A stretch of DNA of 64,000 nucleotides from Octopus vulgaris (lineage: Eukaryota): assembly GCA_951406725.2 (NCBI GenBank), contig OX597820.1, forward strand, positions 90,830,001 to 90,894,000. The letters are read 5' to 3'. The notes beneath the pieces are model-generated. The model saw only the letters and a list, made by a program, of their open reading frames with translations. It ran no database searches and had not been told where the DNA came from. The translations under genes and the position numbers were made by a program. How positions within the stretch are numbered: position 1 is the first letter of the stretch; every line of letters starts with the position of its first letter. Positions 10,871-25,528 of this stretch are shown in pieces.

Positions 10871-13688
10871 TTAATTGAATAATGATTTGTTGGATGATAT
10901 GGTGGATTGATACACACATACGAAGACACACGCGCACACATGCACAAACATGCTCACACACATACACACAAACACAAGTGCAGACGCACATACACATATA
11001 CATTTATAGAAATATCCTCCTTTGAAGTGGCGTTTCAGGTCGTATGTTTTACGCAATAGTGGCAGGATGAAACATCTGTACAGTCCATAGAGTAATTTTT
11101 ATATATTCTTTACTATGATTCTGTCTACAGTCTTAACAGAGTACAACTTCTCATATTAGTAGCCTATAGCAACGACGCAAATATTTCCAACTTTCTAAAT
11201 AAACAAAGCAATATTCACGAAGTATTTCATAATAATAACTTTACAAATAACTTTGTTGAGAAGTTGTGGGTTTCTATAAAAGAGAAAATAAAAATATTAA
11301 TTTAATATTCTAATTAATTATAGAGACATTTAATTTCAAGATTTCAGATTTATTTTGTTATTCTACTTAATAGATGTTTAACCTAAAAACTTTGAAAATA
11401 AAATACTATGAAAAAATATGTTTTCATTCTATAGTTAGTCTCTGTAGTATTACAAGATGTAGCAAATTAATGTGCGTGTATTTATTATTATGCAAGAAGT
11501 CTTTTTGAAATCAGTCGCTGTAATTTGTCTTCGCTTCTGTGGCATTAAGCTGTTTCGAGATAGTAATCAATAGCGAAAAAAATATTGGCAAAGAATCAAA
11601 TCATAGACTAAACATAGAATTTTATCGCTAACTTTGGTAAATGTAAATTCTTGTTTAAAATATTGATACTATTTCTCCCGTCTAGAAATGTCTGCCATCG
11701 TCTGTATTTCATAAAGAGAAAGTGAGTATGTTAACAATAAATAGCATTAACGTAGGTGTTTGAAAATTATTTTTGGTGGAGAGGGGCCTTCTAATATAAA
11801 TAAATATTATGGAGTTAAGATTGTCTACTAGGTTAATATGTATGCTTTACAATCGTGAGGGTTTGGATTCGGAATAATTTTGCATTACTCTGGGCAAGTG
11901 CTTTCAACCAAAATCTCCAAACGATCCAAGCATTGTGAAACATTCGGTAGACAGCATTATTCTTAAAGCAAGATGCATATAAGTGTCTGTATGATTGTGT
12001 GGATACATATGTAAATATATGTATAAGGTATAGGAATAAGATATCGGTGTGTGAGAAGCAAATTACATTATAGTATTCTACTTCGTCAATTTTATGCAAC
12101 TTTGTGCCCTTTCAGAATGTTTATACTGTAAATTCAATGTTTCATATATCGCGAACTGGTTCTTGTAAAGGCAGTATTCCAGCATGGGTTCTGTTCACGC
12201 GGTAATATGAATAAAATGATACAATTTAGATTGACATTGTCATAGTATATGTTCGTCTATGCAAATTTTGAGGAAGTCGGAGAAAAATTTAGATTGTCAT
12301 ATTAGTGGTTTGTGATGATAATGTCTTACGCGTATGGTCTGATTTAACAGTAAAAGGTAGCAAAACACTTAGGTTTCCCTCGTGTTGCTGCTCTAACTGC
12401 ATAAACACAGCACTGGGAATCTTTCCAGCATGAAAGAAAATTGCATGTACTTAAAAAGTGTATAGTGATCCATCTGAGATAAATAAAGGCTTTAAACTTT
12501 ACAAATTCAATGGTGAGAAGAGTACATGAAGTTAAGATCAAGTTACTTGATCTTAAGAATTAAGGCATTTATTTACATGGCTTATCGAAGAGCTTATCAT
12601 CAGCTAGTTTTAAATGTGTGCGGATGAGAAATTTTGAGCTTGACAAAATCAAAGTTATCTCCATTTGTAATTATCAGGGATTAAGCAACGGTAGCAACTA
12701 TACGAACCAAACAGTTGAAAATTGACATGATCATTATTGCTGATGTTATCGTTGTTATTGTTGTTGCTGTTGTTATTTACATTATAGGCTGGTCACAGTA
12801 TATGAATGTCCAACGGTAGATATTTCTGTGATACATAAAAGTTACAACTACAAATCATTCTCGCTGAATCCCACACGCACCGCTACTCAATCACATTTCA
12901 AAACCACTGAACATAAAGCATTAACACATGCTAAGATATTCGCTCATATACACATGCTAAAAAATTACACATAAATACCCACAAAAAGACGCACACTCGC
13001 ATTATACAGATAAAATACTCCTCCACACACTTGTACACTAATTAAAAGCATTTTTATGCATAACATTCTTTTTAATTCATTAAGATATGAACACATGTAA
13101 CTAATTGTTTATACGTCATTGAAGAAGCTATTGCTATCTGGAGTGTGTTAAAATGGTAATTTCAAGTCGGCGGAAAACTCGAAGATAAGTATACTTCCGT
13201 GAAGCGATGAATATTCTGTAAATACCATGAAAATTAGAAAAACAAAACTATTTAAAGTTGAAGTTACAGAAGTAGATTGGTGGAATCTATTCGAATTCCG
13301 ACGTCAGTCTGCGTTCAACTCCTACAGAAGTAGAGTCTCTCTTTTATACTTCCCGTGGCAACAAATTAGGATAGTATCCGTCTATACTGAAACTGATAAT
13401 CAACTGTTCCTTTAGGGGACAAAAAGTCAAAAGAGATAATCACACGTTGATGGCTGATTCTGATCATTAAAACATTTATACTTCACTGCAACAGTGCGTT
13501 GATAAATAAATAACAGTTAAGCGAACGTTAGTTAACGTAAGCACTGTTGCAGAATATAAGATAAATGCATGTTTATATAACTAGCTGTCTCTCTCTCCTA
13601 ACACATACAAACTCCTTCACCTATATATATATATATAATACATAATAGTGTGCATCAATTCCGATATAGATTATATAAGTACACACAC

Positions 13689-13689
<1 letters not shown>

Positions 13690-13746
<57 letters not shown>

Positions 13747-13762
13747 ATGTATGTATATATAT
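13690..13762. repeat. (TA)n microsatellite
   Basis: Direct inspection. Confidence 0.95.
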
Positions 13763-15369
13763 AACTAATGTAGGATAAAAATTTTTTTCGGGAAAAAAAT
13801 TTTATCAATGGCCAGCATATCAAAAAATACCTTTAAAGTTTAAATTTATAAATAATTTACAAGATATGTGTGTGCTTATATAATCTAGATCAGAAGTCAT
13901 ACACACAGTTATGTATTATGTATGCAAAAACTGTAAGTTTAACTGTGCGTTTTATTTGCAAAACAGAAAGGCGCGAAGACCAAGTACCAATTTTAGGTAA
14001 ATATTCAAATAAGGGCTAACTAATTTCATCAAATAACGAATGTATTCTAAAGAAAGAAAGAAGTTGTGGAAAGAATATTCACCTTCCTAAAACTTGCTGC
14101 TTGTTACTGACAATGGGATAGCTACGTAGATGTGTCTCTGTTATTAGACATCATCAACGAAATATTCTCTAAACCCACTTTAACCTTAACCTGCAGACTA
14201 AAACGTTTACATGGAGATAAAGAGTTTCGTATAATTCTAGTCGGGATAATTTGCATAATTATTAATCCAATTAAGATTAAGAAGGTTAAATCTAGCCGAT
14301 ATCGAAGTTAATTTGAAATTCATATTTAATTTCTTTGTTCTTAACTGAATGCACGTTTTGTGAAATCCTTTCTACCAAAAGAGTGAAATATCAGATGCTC
14401 CCTAATAAATATAAATTGTATATTATGTAACGATTCCGCTTTTGTTCATTTGCAACAAATCCAATCAGATATCTGTATGTGTGTTTGTGTTTACGAGTGT
14501 CTGTGTATGTGTTTGTGTGAACATAACAGGTTTTTGAATGGTTTTGTGTACGAAATGTGAAACTGAGGTTGCAGCATAAGTTACATAACCAAACTATCTC
14601 TCATTGGGATTGAATAAAGATCCGTGTGAATAAGAATCGAACTTATAGCCATTTCGGCCTGACATATGCCTTATATGAACTCATACCGATTGTTATTACT
14701 TATGTGTTTTCACGTGGCTTTTATTTCCAGAAACTTGCGTTCTGCAATGAATAAATCCCACTTAACTCTTCTCTTGTATATATTTGTCTATGTCAATGAA
14801 ATTATTGTTCAGTTGACGATTTGTGTGATAACAAGAAAAATGCTAATAGTATAATCAGTTCTCTCAAGTCGAAAGATATATATTTATTCTGGGAGATGTA
14901 TCCGAATCATGGTCATTTTTTTTTTATCTTTTATATATTTTTTTATACGGTTATTGAAGGAAACAGTCAATTGGAAACTTTTTATGTATAGAGCAATATT
15001 AAAACTGGAATAGGATTGAATGTTAATATTCCTAAGAGACTTGATAACAAGACTACTTGCTAAGTGAACACAAAAAAAGAGAAGATAATGCTTACACACC
15101 TACGCCCCGAATATTGACAGTTGACACTACATCTATCAGAATATGGTTCTGTGTTCGTTCATATTATTTACTTTGCAAAGTGCCACCAAACACCAGTGTT
15201 CATCAATATATATACATATGTGTGTGTGTATGTGCGTATTTGCTTTCGTGTATAAATATATATATTATATATTATATATGAATACATATCCAACCATCGA
15301 TACCCGTTCCTAAACCCACAACCACACACACACAAGCGCGCGCAGACACACACACGCATATACATACAT

Positions 15370-15416
<47 letters not shown>

Positions 15417-15734
15417 TATACATACGTACATATATATATTTATATTCTAAAGCTCAAAATTGATAAAACAAGACTGAAAGAGACAAGTTTACACAGTAAG
15501 GAAGAAACAGAAAGGAGATTAATATTCCTTCTAAATAATTGAAAGCTGTCGAAGAATGCTATTTATCCGTTGTGTCTTGTGTCTCTCTACTGATGCCCAA
15601 AACATCGAAGGTGTATCCTGTTCTTTCCGCCCGAATAAAGCAAAATACGCTTCAAATAATTTACTCTTCATCTTTGTTTGCCTTACTCATTGGTGGGAGC
15701 TTTTCATACATTGGAGTTAAAACAAGATTCTAGC

Positions 15735-15769
<35 letters not shown>

Positions 15770-15773
<4 letters not shown>

Positions 15774-16101
15774 TGGTTAGAGCGTCGAGCTTACGATCGT
15801 GAGGTTGTGAGCTCGAATCCTGGACCGGGCTGCGTGTTGTGTTTAGAGCAAGGCACTTTATTTCACGTTGCTCCAGTTCACTCAACTGTAGAAATGAGTT
15901 GCGACGTCACAGGTGCCAAGCTGTATCGGCCTTTGTCTTTCCCTTGGATAACACTGGTGGCGTGGAGAGGGGAGGCTGGTATGCATGGGCGACTGCTGGT
16001 CTTCCATAAACAACCTTGCCCGGACTTGTGTCTAGGAGGGTAACTTTCTAGGTGCAATCCCATGGTCATTCATGACCGAAGGGGGTCTTTACCCTTTACC
16101 C

Positions 16102-16105
<4 letters not shown>
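15770..16105 (+). mobile_element. SINE family C, near full length
   Basis: tRNA head, CORE-like segment, 3' tail catggtcattcatgaccgaagggggtc(tttaccc)n, followed by (TACA)n. Confidence 0.9.
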
Positions 16106-16133
<28 letters not shown>

Positions 16134-16182
16134 CATACATACATACATACATACATACATACATACGTACATACATACATAT

Positions 16183-16580
16183 ACAGGAGTGGATATGTGG
16201 AAACAGCTTGCTTACTACCCACATGGTTCCGGGTTCAGTCCCACTGCGTGGGACCTTGGGCAATTGTCTTCTACTATAGCCTCGGGTCGACCAAAACCTT
16301 GTGAGTGGAAACTTACTAGAAGCCCGTCGTATATATGTATGCATATGTATATGTGTGTGTGTGTGTGTGTATTTATGTATGTGTGTATATAAGTTGGTGT
16401 GTCTGTCTTTGACAACCGATGCTGGTGTGTTTACGTTCCGTAACTTAGCGTTCCGGCAAAAGAGACTGATATAATAAGTACTAGGCCTACGAAGAATAAG
16501 TCCTGGGGTCGATTTCCTCGACTAAAGGTGGTGCTCCAGCATAGCCACAGTCAAATGACTTAAACAATTAAAAGATTAAA
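16183..16580 (+). mobile_element. SINE family B with internal (TA)/(TG) microsatellite
   Basis: Collinear with 43079-43533. Confidence 0.9.
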
Positions 16581-16604
16581 AACACTAATATAGGATGTGA
16601 AGTG

Positions 16605-16760
16605 GTGATAGGGGAAAACAAATTCACTCACAAGTGTTTGGTTAACCCCCTTGGCTATGTTAGAAGATGCATGCCCAAGTTTCAATGCAGTGGGACTGAA
16701 CTGGCAACCATGTGGTCGAGAAAACAACCTTCTTACCACACAACCACGCCTGCGCCTATA
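16605..16760 (-). mobile_element. SINE family B, 5' half
   Basis: gcagtgggactgaac...accatgtggt...cttcttaccacaca..cacgcctgcgcc. Confidence 0.75.
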
Positions 16761-17256
16761 TAGGTATATATCTTTTTTCCACTCATGGTAAAGAGGAAAA
16801 TACTTCGGAAATATCTGACAAGCCATTCACTTTGTAGCAGTTTAGTAGCTTTCAAAAATACTTGTTCCTCACTACATGTTTAGGGAGCAAAACCTGATAG
16901 TAATGATGACTGCATAGTGTTAATTGTGTGGATCAATCGTGTGAAAGATCAGTGGATATTATCCTGTTTCTGGACTATGTTCTTAGTTATATAGTCAGCC
17001 ATAGTCATCAAAGGCCTTTGACAATTTGTTTTTGAGGCTAATTTTCTGCAAGGGACTACTCAGCTGGAGATGCTGTTTATTTAAACCTGAGCATACTGGA
17101 CCAGTACAAAACAACATGCCATACCGAAGCACACAATACACTGTCCTGCCCACAAATTAACCCAGCAAATTACAGTCGAGAACGCAAAGGTTCTATTAAT
17201 CAGCGTTATTACTTTTAATCAGCGTTCTTAATAATGTTTGCTAAGTTAATTCATTT

Positions 17257-17771
17257 GTGGAGGCGCGTGGCTTTGCGATTAGGGTGTCAGCACCATGATC
17301 GTAAGATTGTGGTTTCATTTCCTGGACCGGGCAACGCGTTGTGTTCTTAAGCAAAACACTTCATTTCTTGTTGCTCCAGTCCACTCAGGAGGCAAACAAG
17401 AGTAACGCTGCGATGGAATGGCGTCCCGTCCAGCAGGGGTACACATGCGCCATAGAAACCGAGAAACCGGGCCCATTAGCCTGGCTAGGCATTACAAGGG
17501 CGCATTTATGTGGAGGCGCGTGGATTAGTGATTAGGGTCTCAGCATCATGATCGTAACATTGTGGTTTCGATTCCTGGATCGGGCGACGCGTTGTGTTCT
17601 TGAGCAAAACACTTCATTTCATGTTGCTCCAGTCCACTCAGCGGGCAAAAATGAGTAACGCTGCGATGGACTGGCGTTCCGTCCAGCTGGGGAACACATA
17701 CGCCATAGAAACCGGGAAACCGGGCCCATGAGCCTGGCTAGGCTTTAAAAAGGGTGCATTTATTTTTATTT
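17257..17771 (+). mobile_element. Head-to-tail dimer of SINE family D (CORE-like plus V-domain-like) with a 15-bp TSD
   Basis: Units 17257-17509 and 17510-17771. TAAGTTAATTCATTT at 17242-17256 and 17772-17786. GCGATGGACTGGCGT.CCGTCCAG resembles the V-SINE domain. Confidence 0.9.
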
Positions 17772-18077
17772 TAAGTTAATTCATTTAGATGTTAAAATAT
17801 AACAAAGAAATAATGATTATAATTTTGTATAAGTCAACAGCGCTTGAGCCAACAAAGCTGCCGCTAAATAGTCGCACGGTGATCTCGAAATAGGGTCGAA
17901 GACTTCTTCAAATCGTACTGCCAGCTTAATATATTAGTTAATGAAGTTCTTGTTGTCATCATTTTTTTTTTAAATCGTTCATGGTTGTTGCTCTTTCTTA
18001 GTATTTCTGCTTGATCAGATGTGACGTGAGGGCTAACTATGAACAAGAAGAAAAAAAAAAAACTGGGGCACATATAT

Positions 18078-18520
18078 ACCTCTTATCTTTGACTTGTTTC
18101 AGTCATTAGACTGCGGCCATGCTGGGGCAAAACCTTGAGAAATTTTAGTAGAACTCATCGACTGCAGTATTTTTTTGTCTCTTTAAGCCTGGTACTTATT
18201 CTCTCTACCTCTATGAAGCTAAGTCACCGGGACGTAAAGATGCGAACACTGGATGTAAAGCGGTGGTGGAAAATGAGCAGAGTCGAAAACACACGCGCAA
18301 ACACACATACACATACATACATGCATATATATATATATGTACGTATGGGTAGGTAGTGCGGTTAGTTACCATTTGGGCTTCTTTTAGTTTCCATCGCCAA
18401 AATCCACTGACAAGGCTTTGGTCAGCCCGAGGCTATAGTTGGAGACATTTGCCGAAGATACCGCGCATTGGAACTGGAACCGCAACCTTGTAGTTAGGAA
18501 GAGCAAATTTCTCATCACAT
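18078..18520 (-). mobile_element. SINE family B (decayed, both halves)
   Basis: ttgtttcagtcatt.gactgcggccatgctgg at 18093; aaatccactgacaaggctttggtc at 18399. Confidence 0.75.
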
Positions 18521-19327
18521 TCACTGATGAGCAGAAATCTAAGCATGCCTGTAACCAAGTAACGTTTTCAAAACACAAACCATCATTAAGATTAAGATTC
18601 ATGTAGGTTACGCTGTTTGCCATTTGTATAACACGGATGGAAAACAAGGATTGATTGAATATGGTTACAGGAGTCAAACGCTTTCTGAAGCTGCATATAC
18701 CTTTTAATGATAGCAAATACAAAAATCCATTTTTGTTAAATTTGCAATGAACGATAGACCGAAGCTGATATAGGGTGTTAAAATGACAATATATATTAAT
18801 CACCTAAAATGATTGTTAAGTTATTCAACCACGTATATTTTCGTATTATAATTGTATGTGACATATGTATTTACTAGCTTATGTTAATCATCCAATTCCG
18901 TGTTCATTTCCTTTTCAAATTTTATATCCTGAAGACTTATAATCATCCTCTGCAGTAATGGCAATATCTTATTAATGATGTATTATGACATAATGACTGC
19001 TAATTAGAACAGAATATCAATTAGAATATAGTATTAATAAAAATTCCTTCTAGCATTTATTAATTTCTAATAACATCTTCATTGAAAACGCCGATAACAT
19101 TTTACACCAGATCTAAATTTTCGGCTATCTTGATTTTGTTGAGGTACAAAATATTATGTTAACACAAATTACTTACATAATATACGCATTTATTGAGAAA
19201 TTAGGGTGAACAATATATACATACCTACATGCATGCTTGCGCATAATTTTCGGGTTAAGCTCTATGTACAGCTTGAAATATAAATGTTGTTTCACTAAAT
19301 TGACCTGGTTGAAAGTTATAAGCATGT

Positions 19328-19545
19328 GTCAGGTCAAAAACGACGAACATGCGCCGTTACAGCGCTTCGCTGCATTCACTATTTTTCGGTAACTGCTCCA
19401 GTTGTCCCGGGCAATCCTCCCAACAATGCCTCGATCAGTCCCCATCTACTTGAAATACTTCCCCATCCGCCATGATCATCGTTCATATGACCGCACGAGG
19501 CCTCATCACCAGCTAGAGCCTCAGCACAGGATCTAATCCAGTATA
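19328..19545 (-). mobile_element. RTE-clade LINE 3' end
   Basis: Minus strand ...RPR...GRIARDNWSSYRKIVNAAKRCNGACSS followed by a TGACC-type tail, resembling RTE C-termini. Confidence 0.55.
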
Positions 19546-19617
19546 TACTGTTTGGTTTTTATTAGCATCCACTTGCTCTGTGATTGGTCTAAACACCATG
19601 TAATATCTATTATAAAG

Positions 19618-19950
19618 ACGACCTTTGTTCAAAAGTGAACATGGGATTGAACCTAGAAAGTTCACCTCCGAGACACAAGTCCGGGCAAGGTTGCTTGTGG
19701 AAGACCAAAAGTCGCCCTTGGACACCAGTCTCTCGTCTCCACACCACCGATGTTGTCCAAGAGAAAGGCAAAGGCTGATACAACTGGTTACCAGTGGCAT
19801 AGCAACACGTTTCCACAACTAAGTGTACTGGGACCACAAAAAATAAAATACTTTTCTCAAGAACACAACACATAACTCAGTACGAGAATCGAAGTCATAA
19901 CCTCACGATTGTAAGCCCGACGTTCTTGTCACTAAGACGTGCGTCTTCGT
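19618..19950 (-). mobile_element. SINE family C
   Basis: Reverse complement of 15770-16105, more diverged. Confidence 0.85.
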
Positions 19951-21204
19951 AATCTGTTATACGTTGATGTATATTTGATATGTACTAGGAGATAATAACG
20001 AGGGTTGAACTTAATCCATTATAAATGTGCTGCCCCAAATAATGACGGCAGCTAAGTTATTTAAGTGAAAAACGGACGTAGCAGAGAACGCCTGTTCGAG
20101 GGAGCCAGTTGATTCAGCCAATCACAGACTGAGTAGAGCTGTGAACAGACAGTGCCGCTTGAGCCTATTCTGAGATCTAAAAATGCATGTTTTGAACAAA
20201 TGCTAATGCAGAGATGCTTCAGTCCTAAGTTCAGTGGCAGCGTTAATGAAGATGTTACGCGTTAATTTAATGTGTTAAACTTATCTTTATTAACATATAT
20301 TGAATTTTACATAGATATATTTACTCAGATAGAAGTGTCAGAATTTGTGATCCTCCCGCACAAAAACGTTTCCCCGCACTTAGTTTAGAACGAAATGAGT
20401 ATTGCCTTAGAAATTATATTTTCCTGAAGTTTCAATCCTGAGAACTAATACAATATGTATTTATTAAGGATAATCTAAATTTTCTTCACTTCGAGATTTA
20501 GGGTAGTTTTCCACTGGAATTTGCATACGGATGTGTGAGGTAACCTATATCTGGCTCGATTCACAGACAGAATAATAAATCACTAAAACAATCGATTCAA
20601 CGTGACATACGTGATAGATAACACTTTAGTTATTTTTCTATTAATTTCTTATGCACAATGCGTACGATATTACATCTATTTCTAGATATGCCTGTTCCAG
20701 CTGAGTCATCGCATTTAGTCGCATTTAAGTCATATAAATCGAATGTCCTGCATTTCATTGTATGATTATATGCATTTAAATATGTGTGCGTACGTGCGTA
20801 CACTTATATATGCATATATATGTGTGTGTGTATATGTGTACGTACATGTGTGTGCTTGTATCTGTGGGTTTTTCGTTTCTTTATCTAATTTTCTGTGTGT
20901 GTGCATGCATTATGTAACTATGGTCTCTTGGTCGCTTTATGTCCTGTAATTTAGCTTTTCACAAATAGAAAATGCAAGTTGAATTCTAAACAGAGATATC
21001 TACCTAAATTGATTAAATACTTAAATACTGTCCTAGGGTGGGCAAAGTCGAAGGAATGAAATTTAGTAAGAGAATAAAATATTGCAATTTAATTGAAAAT
21101 GAAATGAATATATCATTTAGTTTTATATATATATATAGATGAATGAGATGTATTTAATTTTCAATTACATTACAATATTTCATTCTTTTATTAGGTTTCA
21201 GCCC

Positions 21205-21372
21205 TATGACAGGCTTCTTTCAGTTTTCGTCTACCAATTCCACTTAGAAGGCTTTGGTCGATCCGGTGCTATAGAAAAAAAAACACTTGCCCAATGTGCC
21301 ATGCTGTGGAACCGAATCCGGAACGACGTGGTTTGGAAGCGAGCATCTTACAACACTGCCACTCCTGCGCCT
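21205..21372 (-). mobile_element. SINE family B, 5' half
   Basis: gacaggcttctttcagttttcgtctacc...acacttgccca..gtgcca.gc. Confidence 0.8.
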
Positions 21373-21384
21373 ATATATAGTGAA

Positions 21385-21880
21385 CCCCTGAAACCGCCTC
21401 TTCACAGGAGTTTGATGCTTCAATGGGCCCAAACTGCATGACGTTAGACATGAGTTGTGTTCTATTCACTGTCGAAGCCAGGGCGACCCTTGTCGAACCT
21501 GACTGTCGGGGAAATGGTCGGATCTGTTTTGGAGATGAGCGTCACCTCCGTATACGACTTCAACAACAGGGTGGAGGAAACATGTTGGCTGGTATCATTG
21601 GGGACATACTTATTGGCCCAGTCAGGGTCCCTGAAGATGTTAAAGTGACCGCAACCTCCTACTGCAATCTTCTGAATGAGGTCTTGGATCCCTTGCTAGA
21701 TGACATACTGCTGTTACTTTTTAAGGAATCTCCTTTGCATGCATGACACCACTCCCACCCACTCTGCTAGGACCACTCAAACATTCCGAGGGTCTTACGG
21801 CATAAAAGGTGAAGGGTACATGGTTTTGCCGCTAGCATCTCTGGATCTCAACCCTATGGAAAATCTTATTAAAATCCATT
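21385..21880 (+). mobile_element. Decayed Tc1-like DDE transposase fragment
   Basis: VLFTVEARATLVEPD...QQQGGG.M.AGIIG...GPVRVPEDVK...YC.LL, then frameshift to MHDTTPTHSA...LASLDLNPMENL (compare FTDE, QDNAPxH, SPDLNPIEN). Confidence 0.9.
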
Positions 21881-21919
21881 ATTTAAAAAAATGTTTATGC
21901 CGATGTGCCAGTGATTGTC

Positions 21920-22110
21920 CACCCCACCAACATCCCTTGAAAGACGATGCTGGTGTGTTTACGCCCCCGTAGCTTAGCGGTATAGCAAAAGTCACCGATA
22001 GAATAAGTACTAGGCTTACAAAAATGAGTCATTGGGTCGATTTGCTCGACTAAAGGTGGTGCTCCAGCATAGCCGCAGTCACACGACTGAAATAAATGAT
22101 ACAATGAAAG
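21920..22110 (+). mobile_element. SINE family B, 3' half
   Basis: gatgctggtgtgtttacg.cccgta.cttagcgg...gactaaaggtggtgctccagcat. Confidence 0.85.
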
Positions 22111-22111
22111 A

Positions 22112-23243
<1,132 letters not shown>

Positions 23244-24892
23244 TTGAACATAATTCAGTAGGATAGTTTATTTACTGATAAGTGGAAGAGGTAAATATAA
23301 CGCGGCACTTTGAAGAAGGTGAATGTTTACGAGCTAGAACCAAATTTAGAAACCAAAATTGTTGAAGCGCACGTTCTTCAATTGTGAATATAAAGCTCTT
23401 TATATGTGTGTGTGTGTGTGTGTGTGTGTTGCGCTCGTAAAATATTGAAACATAATCAAGAAGTCACTTGCTAAAGGCTACTGATAGATAAAGGGATATG
23501 CAGATAGAGAATATGAAATAAAGTTCTGAATAAGAAAAAAGATAGAGATTTTATTGAATTAAAGAGTAATATCTAAGGTAAGCACACCTGAGATCAATAG
23601 GCAGCTAGCTAATATTGAAACGATTCTTATAAATCAACGGAATTATCTGCCCTTTCTCGGTAGCGTAAACAGTCGGATTATATGAAAAATCGAAACCTTT
23701 GCTCGGTTATCACATTTGTTCCTATATTTTTTGTTTGGCCTTTATATTATTTGTAGCTTCGTATGCCACACCAATGCACATTGCTCACCAACAAATTGCC
23801 GCATTTTACAGTTATTCTGATCTGTCCCATCCACATTTCAGAGTAAATTTGTCTGACTAAATTTATACATTACATACGACGCAGAAGTATAATAATTCAG
23901 GCTTAGGTTCCAGTGACAGGCATAAAATTCTGAACTGTGTGTAATACAACTTGAAGAATTACTCTTTGAAAGGTTCATAGTTCATTGGATAGCTCTTAAA
24001 ACGATGAAGATGCTGCTTTATTTATTATATTTCTTCTTTGGCAGTGTAGCTCGATCTGTGACTGACAATATTTCTATTTCTTACGTTATATATGCCTGTC
24101 TTCGTGAAATAGTCGATATCTGCAGTTATTAGTTTCCATAACGGTAACTCTTAGTGAAGAAATCATCCACAAAAATATTTCTCGATAACTCATTAATTTA
24201 ACGTTTTTGCTCTAACGCACAGAGAAAAGAATGTGAATAATAAATATAAAAATAAAAGTTGAATTATCATTCTGCTTTTAATATCGATTTATTTTAACTG
24301 AACATAAGATCGACACTTTAAATAGAGAAGCAAAATCTATAGAGTTACTGGTACTTAATCGATTATACCTATATAAATATGAAACCGCTGCCGAGATTAG
24401 CGAGATTTGAACCTAAAACATTTGTATACTAAATTAGTTAAACTCTTGATGTTCTGATGTTACATCCATACAAACTAACTTCATTTATGACCAATGTTAT
24501 ATTCGTAAAATAACTGAACGTTCGAACTCTAAGAAGGGTGTAACAAGTGATTGTATACTGCAACTATACATATCATACATATTAGATATTAATTTTATCG
24601 ATCTCGGAAGAATATAAAGCAGTGTCGTCTCCATTAGAATTTAATTTCGGCAACTCTAATGTATTTAGTCCGTTGCTCCGATATGTATGCCACCTTAGTT
24701 CTGTGGTCCTGATATTCCGAAACTTACAAAGCCAGTCGAGCATGAGAAATATTAAAATCTTCTCAATATTAAAAAATTCCGAATAAACGTAAAACATGAC
24801 ATTTTTTGCACATTCTGTCTCTCTTTCGCTCACACACAGACACACACACATGCATAAATGCACTCACAAAAGCACGTACACACACATATGTA

Positions 24893-24977
<85 letters not shown>

Positions 24978-25041
24978 TGATAAAAATGATAAGACAACAA
25001 AAGAATGAAAGAGACCTCGGTATTATGTAACTAGAGGAATT

Positions 25042-25223
25042 TATCTGTAAAGGTGACAATTATTCGGTAGCCATGATAAAACTTCAAGTTTCGGATACTA
25101 GATAGTATTTTTCCGATGGCCGGATAACTGAAGAGATGGTGGCGTGAATTTCTACCTCGGCATCCGAAACTCGGAGTTTTAGCATGGCTACCGAATAATT
25201 GTCACATATTACATTTACAGATA
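25042..25223 (+). mobile_element. Fold-back PLE-like remnant with inverted arms
   Basis: 25053-25098 is the reverse complement of 25160-25205 (a few mismatches); TA-rich flanks. Confidence 0.75.
25123..25183 (+). ncRNA. Minimal type-I hammerhead ribozyme-like motif
   Basis: GATAA-CTGAAGA-GATG...CATC-CGAA-ACTC-G-GAGT-T-TTAGC. The inverted arm preserves TTATC, complementary to GATAA (stem I). Confidence 0.6.
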
Positions 25224-25369
25224 TATACATATATATATCGAATTAATAAGACTCCCGTGAACATAATAATGTATACTTAACTTGTATTAATTGATGTATC
25301 ACTCATGAAATTGCTCATCGAATGCAAACATGCCAGTCTTGCGGTTTCTGTTATGTTCAAATTTTCCCA

Positions 25370-25528
25370 GAATGGGAGGTCAGTCCTTTGCAGGAATACT
25401 CATTTTTGCCAGCTGATCAGCGTGAACTAAGTGTTTCTCTCAAGAGCGCAACCTATTCCCTTGTCTAGCAATCGAAATCACAATCTTACCATCATGAGTT
25501 CAGCAACCTAACCACTAAGCTACGCGCC
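25370..25528 (-). mobile_element. Decayed CORE-like SINE
   Basis: aagtgtttctctcaagagcgcaac...aatcgaaatcacaatctt...cctaaccactaagctacgcgcc. Confidence 0.65.

Noticed and set aside
12532-12556. 12-bp perfect palindrome TTAAGATCAAGT-T-ACTTGATCTTAA
   Set aside because: Isolated and AT-rich with no supporting context; plausible by chance or local fold-back repair
17257-17771. CRISPR-like or satellite array
   Set aside because: Two SINE monomers with a TSD; eukaryotic context, no repeat-spacer pattern
18524-18545. CTGATGAG...GAAA as a hammerhead
   Set aside because: No stem II or stem III can form
20080-20260. CCAAT box (CAGCCAATCA) in a GC-richer patch as a promoter
   Set aside because: Single short motif with no downstream exon evidence
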